Positions 52,404 through 61,633 of a DNA stretch of 64,000 nucleotides are shown here, piece after piece; position 1 is the stretch's first letter, and every line of letters begins with the position of its first letter. Source of the DNA: Candidatus Eiseniibacteriota bacterium (GTDB lineage Bacteria; Eisenbacteria; RBG-16-71-46); assembly GCA_016710095.1 (NCBI GenBank), contig JADJLL010000013.1, positions 6,458-70,457 on the forward strand, given 5' to 3'. Both the position numbers and the translations under genes were made by a program. The notes under the pieces are model-generated. The model worked only from the letters and a program-made list of their open reading frames with translations. It searched no databases and was not told the origin of the DNA.

Positions 52404-52772
52404 TCAGCGCTTGCGGAGCGGCACGACGAGCAGCGCGACGGCAATGGCCATCGCGGCATCGCCCGCGAGCGAGACCGGCACGATCCACGGCTGTGGTCCG
52501 CGCGCGAGTTCCAGCCCGAGGAAGCACACGGCCGTGGTCTTCGCCATGAGCAGGATCGAGACGCCGCGGTAGCGGAACCACTCCATCGCGTAGGCGATCG
52601 CGACCACGACGTGGAAGACGCCGACCTGCCGTGCGAAGAACATCGGGGAAGCGCCGCCGAAGCCGGTGAACTGCAGGCCCCAGTCCGGAGCGACCACGGC
52701 CGCCAGGCCCAGCACCGCGCTGTGCAGCACGATCAGCGCGACGAGGGGCGGCAGCAGCCGTTCGCGCGTCAT
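52404..52772 (-). CDS. Small 4-TM membrane protein, translationally coupled to the hydrogenase maturation protease gene
   Basis: ATG 52770-52772 overlapping the hybD stop (ATGA). MTRERLLPPLVALIVLHSAVLGLAAVVAPDWG... 122 aa. Confidence 0.55.
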   Translation of the reverse strand: MTRERLLPPLVALIVLHSAVLGLAAVVAPDWGLQFTGFGGASPMFFARQVGVFHVVVAIAYAMEWFRYRGVSILLMAKTTAVCFLGLELARGPQPWIVPVSLAGDAAMAIAVALLVVPLRKR

Positions 52773-53334
52773 GGCGTCACTTCCCACCACAAGTCGGGTT
52801 CCTGCGGCACGGCCCGCGGCCGCGCGGGGTAGCCCGCCGCTTCGAGCTCGGCGATCACGTCGGCCACGACGGTGTCGACCGCGGCCATCACCGGCTCGCG
52901 CAGGCCCACACGCATCTCGGTGTCCACGGGCACGACGCCCACGAGCAGCACTTCGCGCGGGGCGCGCCCGGCGAACTCGAGCGTGAGCAGCGTCTCCTTG
53001 AGTCCCGGATCGTGCGGACTCACACGCGGGGGCGGGGGATTCTTGAGGATTTCGTCGCGCCGGTAGCGCTTGACGGTCCCCGCGGGCGACGTGGAGCCCA
53101 CCGTGTCGATGAACACCAGCCACTCGGCGCCCGCGATGTGCGGCGTCAGGTCCCAGCCCGGCGTGCCCAGGTCCTGCACCGACACTTCCGGAGGGAACTC
53201 GTAGCGAGCCTGCAGCACGCGCGCCACGTAGGGGCCGAACGCGTCGTCCCCCATGAGCACGTTGCCGAGTCCCACCACGACGACGCGGGGCGCCGGGTGT
53301 TCGCCCGGCGCCCCGTCCATCGCAGGCCACGTCA
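52769..53334 (-). CDS. hybD: [NiFe] hydrogenase maturation endopeptidase (HybD/HyaD family)
   Basis: VVVVGLGNVLMGDDAFGPYVARVL...DTVG...VLLVGV. Starts 2 nt after the large-subunit stop. Confidence 0.8.
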
Positions 53335-53337
53335 TGT

Positions 53338-55050
53338 TCAACAACCGCCTTCTCGCGTCCGCACCGTGGCGATCGTGTTGCCTTCGATGTCCTGCGTGTG
53401 GATCGCGCAGGCGAGGCAGGGATCGAACGAGTGCACGGTGCGCAGCACCTCGAGCGGACGCTCGGGATCGGCGACCGGGTTGCCCATGAGCGACGCTTCG
53501 TACGGTCCCGGGCGGCCCTTCTCGTCGCGCGGACCGGCGTTCCACGTCGTCGGCACGACGGCCTGGTAGTTCGAGATCTTGCCGTTGTTGATGACGAGCC
53601 AGTGCGACAGCGCGCCACGCGGCGCTTCGTGGAAGCCGAAGCCGCGAACCTCGCCGGACGGGAACGTCGGCGGGTTGAACGTGGCGACGTCACCCTTGCC
53701 GATGTTCTCGACGAGGTGGTGCCAGTGCTTGTCCGCGAGATCGCACAGCATCGCGGCACGCACGGCGCGGGCGAGGTGACGGCCGAGCGTGCCGTGCAGC
53801 ACTTCCGGTCCGAGCTTCGCCTTCGCGACGGCGCCGGCGGTGCCGAGCGCGTGGTCCGCCCACTTCTTCGTGAGCGCATGACCCTGCGCGTAGCCGACGA
53901 GCACCTGCGCGAGCGGCCCGACCTGCATGACCTTGTCCTGGAAGCGCGGCGACTTCACCCACGAGTACTTGCCGTCCGGCTTGAAGTCCGTGTAGTGCGG
54001 CTTCGTCTCGCCGTCGTACGGATGCAGCGACTTGCTGCCCTCGTACCAGGAGTGGTGCGTGCCTTCGGTGACGTTGTCGCGGAAGTACGGATCACCGAAC
54101 GCCGAGATCGGCTTCACGCCGCCCAGGTTGCCGTCGAAGATCGTGCCGCCGGGCAGGTCGAACTGCGTGCCCTTCGTGTCGAGCGGCAGGTCCGGCACCG
54201 CGAGGTAGTTCTTCACGCCGGCGCCGTAGGGGAGCCAGTCGGCGTAGAGCGCGCCGATCGCGCAGACGTCGGGCAGGTACACCTGCTCGATGAACGCCTT
54301 CATCTCGTCCAGCAGGCTCTTGATCTGGTAGAGCTTCGGCATGTTGAGCGCCGACTGGTTGTCGAGGTTGATCGGGTTCGACACGCCGCCGACGGCGAGG
54401 TTCTGGATGTTCGGGGTCTTGCCGCCGAGGATCGCGACGACCTGGTTCGCGCGACGCTGGTAGTCGAGCGCCTGCAGGTAGTGCGACACGGCGAGCAGGT
54501 TCACCTCGGGCGGGAGCTTCATCGCCGGGTGGCCCCAGTAGCCGTTCGTGAAGATGCCGAGCTGCCCGCCCGCGACGAACGAGCTCAGCTTCTCCTTCAC
54601 CGCGGCCAGCTCGACGCGGCCGTTGCGCGGCCAGGGCGAGAGGCTCTCGGCGAGCGCCGAGGTCTTCGCCGGATCGGCCTTGAGCGCCGAGACGACGTCC
54701 ACCCAGTCGAGCGCCGACAGGTGATAGAAGTGCACGATGTGATCGTGCAGCGCGTGCGCGATCACGATCAGGTTGCGGATGTACTGCGCGTTGAGCGGCA
54801 CCTCGAGCTCGAGCGCGTTCTCGACCGCGCGCACCGACGTGATCGCGTGCACCGTCGTGCACACGCCGCAGAAGCGCTGCGTGAAGATCCACGCGTCGCG
54901 CGGGTCGCGGCCGAGCAGGATCAGCTCGATGCCGCGCCACATCTGGCCGGAGGCCCAGGCGTTCTTCACATGGCCGCCGTCCACGCTGACATCGACGCGG
55001 AGGTGGCCCTCGATCCGGGTGACGGGGTCGATCGTGATGGTCGGGCTCAT
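53338..55050 (-). CDS. hybC: [NiFe] uptake hydrogenase large subunit (group 1)
   Basis: N-terminal RIEGH...RFCGVCTTVH (L1) and C-terminal DPCLACAIH (L2) nickel-binding motifs. 570 aa. ATG 55048-55050 after GGAG. Confidence 0.9.
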   Translation of the reverse strand: MSPTITIDPVTRIEGHLRVDVSVDGGHVKNAWASGQMWRGIELILLGRDPRDAWIFTQRFCGVCTTVHAITSVRAVENALELEVPLNAQYIRNLIVIAHALHDHIVHFYHLSALDWVDVVSALKADPAKTSALAESLSPWPRNGRVELAAVKEKLSSFVAGGQLGIFTNGYWGHPAMKLPPEVNLLAVSHYLQALDYQRRANQVVAILGGKTPNIQNLAVGGVSNPINLDNQSALNMPKLYQIKSLLDEMKAFIEQVYLPDVCAIGALYADWLPYGAGVKNYLAVPDLPLDTKGTQFDLPGGTIFDGNLGGVKPISAFGDPYFRDNVTEGTHHSWYEGSKSLHPYDGETKPHYTDFKPDGKYSWVKSPRFQDKVMQVGPLAQVLVGYAQGHALTKKWADHALGTAGAVAKAKLGPEVLHGTLGRHLARAVRAAMLCDLADKHWHHLVENIGKGDVATFNPPTFPSGEVRGFGFHEAPRGALSHWLVINNGKISNYQAVVPTTWNAGPRDEKGRPGPYEASLMGNPVADPERPLEVLRTVHSFDPCLACAIHTQDIEGNTIATVRTREGGC

Positions 55051-56237
55051 GCGTGGCTCCTCGAGGACGTCTCGGTGACGCCGCTCAGTATCGGGAAGCG
55101 CTTGACGGCCGCGATGTAGAGCGCGACTTCGAGCGCGATGATGCCGAAGGTGATCAGGAGTTCGGGAATGGCGGGGAAGTACGACCACTGCGCGCCGGGC
55201 TGGAACGCGATCAGGTACGTGTTCACGCGGAACAGCGCACCGCCGGCGATCAGCAGCAGCGCCGAGCGCACCTGCCACATCGGGCTGCGCCGCATCGCGT
55301 CCGTGGCCAGCATGAGCGCGCCGGCCAGCTGCACGACGATCTCCGCCACGAAGAACCAGCCGCGGCCCGAGAACGCGAGCGGCAGCTTGCCCGCGATCGC
55401 GGCGTCGCCGATCCGGAACGCGACCCAGAACAACGAAACGCCCATCGCGACGCGCCCGATCGCCGCGACCATGTCGTCGTCGTGGTGGACACGGAACGCG
55501 CGCGCCGAGAACACCGACTCGATCACGACGATCGCGTAACCGAGCATCAGGCAGTTCACGAGGAACAGGAACGGCAGCCACGGCGTGAACCACAGCGGAT
55601 GCATGCGCGGCCCCGGCAGCAGCATCATCGTGCCGAGGGACGACTGGTGCATCGTCGGCAGCAGCATGCCGAGCGCGAGGATCCAGACCGCGCCGCTCTC
55701 GAGCACCTTGAGCGTGCGCTGCGAGAACGAAGCCAGGCCCGAGTTCGAGCTCTTCGCCCACTTCTCGAGGAACGCCGGCGCCAGCTCCGCGACGAGCACG
55801 AAGTTGTAGAGCATCACGCAGATCGCGACTTCGAGCTGCGGAGAGTGCGACCAGCGCCAGAAGAAGATCGGCACCTTCCACAGGTCCCAGAACCGGCCGA
55901 GGTCGCATGCCACGGCGATCACGGCGAGGCCGTAGCCGAGCATGCTCGTGAGGATGGCCGGACGCACGAGCGGGTGGTAGCGGCCCTTGTTGAGGATGTA
56001 CACGAGCAGCGCGACCGCGTAACCGCCGCAGCCGAGCGCCGTGCCGACCACCACGTCGATGGCGATCCAGACGCCCCACGGGTAGCCGTTGTTGAGCGCC
56101 GCGACGCTGCCGATGCCGTTCACGAAGCGCCACGCGAGCGTGAGCGCGCCGAGGAGAACGACGAGGAGCAGCCAGCGGTAGGCGGGAGTCATCAGCGGTC
56201 CGCCGACCTCACGATGTTCGAGCGCGTGAGTGGTCAC
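55047..56237 (-). CDS. hybB: NrfD/PsrC-family integral membrane subunit of the hydrogenase (HybB-like quinone-interacting anchor)
   Basis: GTG start after GGGAGG overlapping the hybA stop. About 10 TM helices. NrfD-like topology. Overlaps hybC by 4 nt. Confidence 0.8.
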   Translation of the reverse strand: MTTHALEHREVGGPLMTPAYRWLLLVVLLGALTLAWRFVNGIGSVAALNNGYPWGVWIAIDVVVGTALGCGGYAVALLVYILNKGRYHPLVRPAILTSMLGYGLAVIAVACDLGRFWDLWKVPIFFWRWSHSPQLEVAICVMLYNFVLVAELAPAFLEKWAKSSNSGLASFSQRTLKVLESGAVWILALGMLLPTMHQSSLGTMMLLPGPRMHPLWFTPWLPFLFLVNCLMLGYAIVVIESVFSARAFRVHHDDDMVAAIGRVAMGVSLFWVAFRIGDAAIAGKLPLAFSGRGWFFVAEIVVQLAGALMLATDAMRRSPMWQVRSALLLIAGGALFRVNTYLIAFQPGAQWSYFPAIPELLITFGIIALEVALYIAAVKRFPILSGVTETSSRSHA

Positions 56238-57175
56238 GAGCGGCCTCCCTTCGCGCCGTCGCCGGACTCGGCCGACTTCTTGTTCTTCATCACCATGGCC
56301 GCGAGCGCGCCGTAGAGCGCGAGCGGAGCGATGAAGCCGCGATAGATGCCTTCCTGCACCGTGTAGGCGACGTCGGGCGAAGGCTTGTCACCGAACTCGG
56401 GCAGCCCGAGCTTGGCGAACGGCATGTGCGAGAGGTACAGCACCTGCGTGCCGCCCAGTTCCTTCTCGCCGTACACGCGGCCCTGGTAGTACTTGTTCGG
56501 GCTCTCCGCGATGCGGCGATGCGCCTCCGCGAGGAGTTCCTCGCGGCTTCCGTAGATGACCGCCGAGCGCGGGCACACTTCGCAGCACGCCGGGCCCTGT
56601 CCGCGCGGGTAGCGCGTGAAGCCGTCGGCGCCGGCCACCGCCGCGTCCTGCACGCGGTGACGGCACAGCTCGCACTTCACGATCTTGGGCAGTGCCTTGT
56701 GGAACTCGAACTTCGGCACGTTGAACGGGCAAGCCATCTGGCAGTAGCGACAGCCGACGCACCACTGCGGGTCGTACTCGACGACGCCGGTGCGTTCGTT
56801 CTTGTGCAGCGAGTGCAGCATGCACGCGCTCGCGCAGCCCGGATCGATGCAGTGCATGCACTGCGACTTCACGAACGACTGCTGTTCTCCGTCCTGGCAG
56901 AACTTGATGATGTTCTTCGTGCGGCCGTTCAGATCCACGGGCGCGAGGTGCAGCCCGTCGGCGATGCCGCTGCGATCCGGCTCGAGGTGGTTCGCCTCGC
57001 TGCAGGCCGCGACGCAAGCCTTGCAGCCGATGCAGCGCGTGGAGTCGTAGAGCATGCCGATCGCTTTCGCGGGCGCGACCTTGCGCTCGCGGGCGATGGC
57101 CGGCACCGCGGAGGCGGCGGTGGAGACCGCCGCGGCCGCGAGCACCTTGAGGACGGAGCGTCGGGAGACTTTCAT
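56234..57175 (-). CDS. hybA: Tat-secreted 4x[4Fe-4S] ferredoxin-type electron-transfer subunit of the hydrogenase (HybA-like)
   Basis: ATG after AGGAGG. Tat motif MKVSRRSVLKVLAAAAVS. Four cysteine clusters (CIGCKACVAAC; CMHCIDPGCASAC; CVGCRYCQMACP; CELCRHR...CCEVCP). C-terminal TM. Confidence 0.8.
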   Translation of the reverse strand: MKVSRRSVLKVLAAAAVSTAASAVPAIARERKVAPAKAIGMLYDSTRCIGCKACVAACSEANHLEPDRSGIADGLHLAPVDLNGRTKNIIKFCQDGEQQSFVKSQCMHCIDPGCASACMLHSLHKNERTGVVEYDPQWCVGCRYCQMACPFNVPKFEFHKALPKIVKCELCRHRVQDAAVAGADGFTRYPRGQGPACCEVCPRSAVIYGSREELLAEAHRRIAESPNKYYQGRVYGEKELGGTQVLYLSHMPFAKLGLPEFGDKPSPDVAYTVQEGIYRGFIAPLALYGALAAMVMKNKKSAESGDGAKGGRS

Positions 57176-57177
57176 CG

Positions 57178-58282
57178 TCAGTCCTCCTTGCGCTTCTCGT
57201 CGGACTTCTCGCCGAGCTTGCCCGACGCGGCCCAGCCGGCGCCGAGCAGCGCGCCCGCGACGGCGCCCGCGATGCCGGTGGCGACCGGGCTCACCTTGCC
57301 CTGCTTCGCACCGACGGCGGGGTAGGTGTCCGGCGGAGTGGGACGATCGATCGGCACGGTCTCGTGCAGCGGGATCCGGAAGCCGACGGCCTTCTCGGTG
57401 CAGCCGAAGCAGGGGTGACCCACGCCGATCGGCCACGCGTCCACGTCGCCGAAGCGCATGGTCGAGCAGCTCGCCTTGGTCGCCGGGCCCTTGCAGCCGA
57501 GTTTGTAGAGGCAGTAGCCCTGACGGTGACCTTCGTCACCGAACTGCTGCGCGAAACGACCGGCGTCGAAATGCGGGCGGCGCGGGCAATCCTCGTGAAT
57601 GGTGCGCGCGTACGCGAACAGCGGGCGGCCCTTGTCGTCGAGCGCCGGCAGCGTGCCGAACGTGACGAACTGCAGCACCGTGCCGAGGAAGATGTAGGGA
57701 TTCGCCGGGCAGCCGGGGAGCGTCACGACCTTCTTGTCCGTGAGCACCATGGGCGCGCCGGTGGCGCCGGTCGGGTTCGGATCGGCCGACGGCACGCCGC
57801 CCCACGAGGCGCACGAGCCGAGCGCGATGATCGCGGCCGCGTTCTCGGAGCACTTCTTCGCCAGCTCGAGCGCGGTCTTGTTGCCGATCTTGCAGTAGAT
57901 CCCGCCGTCCTTCGTGGGGATCGCGCCTTCGATCACGAGCACGTACTTGCCCGCGTTCGCCTTCATCGCGGACTCGAGCGCGGCCTCGGCCTGATGCCCG
58001 GCCGCGGCGAACAGCGTCTCGTGATAGTCCAAAGAAACGAGATCGAGGATGAGGTCCTCGATCTCGGGGTGATGCGAACGCAGCAGGGATTCGGTGCAGC
58101 CCGTGCATTCCTGGAAGTGCAACCAGATGACGGAAGGCTTCAGGCCCTTGCTCGCGGCTTGCACGATCTTCGGCACCATCGTGCCGGAGACACCCACCGC
58201 CGCGGCGGCCATCGTGACGATCTTGAGGAAGTCGCGGCGCTGAAGCGTCCGTGCGTAGCCGTACCGCTGCGCGGCGTGAAGT
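57178..58282 (-). CDS. hybO: [NiFe] hydrogenase small subunit (Tat signal), with an apparent 1-nt frameshift between the start codon and the twin-arginine motif
   Basis: ATG 58280-58282 (complement) after GGAGG gives MTTDFTPRSGTATHG in one frame. The twin-arginine motif RRDFLKIVTMAAAAVGV and the whole mature subunit (WLHFQECTGCTESLL...GSCASWGG...GCPANPY...HPCFGCTE) are in the adjacent frame of ORF 57178-60282. The upstream poly-proline part of that ORF is an artefact of the GC tract. Confidence 0.75.
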
Positions 58283-58489
58283 CCGTGGTCATGGCACTGC
58301 CTCCATGAGCCCGCGGCCGTCCCCAACAAGCGAACGCGGATCGTGCTGCCTGCTGCACAGGCACGTGCCCACGCCGGCGTCCTCACGGGACGGTCGCCGT
58401 GAAATGCACGCGCACTCTCGGTTGACGACGTCGAGACGGTAGACAAGAAATTGTGTGTTCCGATATGGGCCAAAAAGGCGGCATGCTTG

Positions 58490-60240
<1,751 letters not shown>

Positions 60241-60309
60241 CTCGCGCGAGCCAACAAGAACGCGGCGGCGATGATCTTCCATCGCCGCCGCGTTTCGTTC
60301 GAGGCCGGA

Positions 60310-61416
60310 TCAGGCCTTCAGCTTCTTCATGTCGATGACGAAGCGGTACTTCACGTCGCTCTTGAGCATCCGCTCGTACGCCTTGTTCACGTACGACGGC
60401 GCGATCAGCTCGATGTCGGACACGATGCCGTGCTCGGCGCAGAAGTCGAGCATCTCCTGCGTCTCGCGGATGCCGCCGATGAGCGAACCCGTGAGGTGCT
60501 TGCGTCCGAAGATCAGGTTCGACGCGACGACGGGGTGCGGATCCTGCGGTGCGCCGACCAGCGTCATCGTGCCGCCGCGCTTGAGCAGCTGCAGGTACGC
60601 GTTCAGGTCGTGCACGGCCGAGACCGTGTCGAGGATGAAGTCGAACGTGCCGAGGTGCTTCGCCATCTCGGCGGCGTCGGTCGAGACCACGACCTCCTTG
60701 GCGCCGAGCTTGATCGCCGACTCACGCTTGCCGCCCGTGGTCGTGAACACGACGACGTGCGCGCCCATCGCGGCCGCGAACTTCACGCCCATGTGCCCGA
60801 GACCGCCGAGTCCCACGACGCCGACCTTCTGGCCCGGGCGCAGGTTCGCGCGCTTGAGCGGCGAGTAGGTGGTGATGCCGGCGCAGAGCAGGGGAGCGGC
60901 CGCGGCCGGATCGAGTTCGGCCGAGAGCTTCAGCACGAACGCCTCGTCCACGACGATGCTCTCGGAGTAGCCGCCGTACGTGACACCGCCGACGTGCTTG
61001 TCCGGCGCGTTGTACGTGAACACGGCGGGCGCGGCGCAGAACTGCTCGAGTCCTTCACGGCAGGCGTCGCACGTGCGGCACGAGTCCACCATGCAGCCGA
61101 CGGCGGCCATGTCACCGACGCGGAACTTGCTCACCGAAGAGCCCACGTGCGTCACGCGGCCGACCATCTCGTGGCCGGGCACGCACGGATAGACCGTCGG
61201 GCCGGTGTTGTTCCACTCGTCGCGCGCCTGGTGCAGGTCGGAGTGGCAGATACCGCAGAAGAGGATCTCGATGCGCACGTCGGTGGGCAGCGGCTCACGG
61301 CGGCGGATCGTGGTGGTGGCGAAAGGTTCCTTGGCGCTCGGGACGGCGAGAGCGCGGGCTTCGTAGGTCGGGGCGGCCGCGGCGGTCGCCGGGTTCGCCT
61401 GGGTGTTTTCGGACAT
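60310..61416 (-). CDS. Zinc-dependent NAD(P) alcohol dehydrogenase (cinnamyl-alcohol-DH / YahK-like MDR)
   Basis: GICHSDLH catalytic Zn site. Structural Zn cysteines CRTCDACREG. Cofactor motif GVVGLGGLGHMGVKFA. 368 aa. Confidence 0.85.
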   Translation of the reverse strand: MSENTQANPATAAAAPTYEARALAVPSAKEPFATTTIRRREPLPTDVRIEILFCGICHSDLHQARDEWNNTGPTVYPCVPGHEMVGRVTHVGSSVSKFRVGDMAAVGCMVDSCRTCDACREGLEQFCAAPAVFTYNAPDKHVGGVTYGGYSESIVVDEAFVLKLSAELDPAAAAPLLCAGITTYSPLKRANLRPGQKVGVVGLGGLGHMGVKFAAAMGAHVVVFTTTGGKRESAIKLGAKEVVVSTDAAEMAKHLGTFDFILDTVSAVHDLNAYLQLLKRGGTMTLVGAPQDPHPVVASNLIFGRKHLTGSLIGGIRETQEMLDFCAEHGIVSDIELIAPSYVNKAYERMLKSDVKYRFVIDMKKLKA

Positions 61417-61633
61417 GGGTGCACCTCCTCTCGGGTACGAACCGCACCGTAGTCCACGCGGGCCCCAGCGTCATGGAAACGGGCCGCCCGAAGGTGAAGG
61501 GCGCGCGCCGCGGAGCTTCCCGAAAGCCGAGTTGGCGTGTGATTCCCGCGACGTTCGGGACTCCTCGAGTTACGAGAACCCATTCCCGGCCGCTCCCGCG
61601 GTATCCGGGCCGTCACCTCACGGAGCCCCCTAC

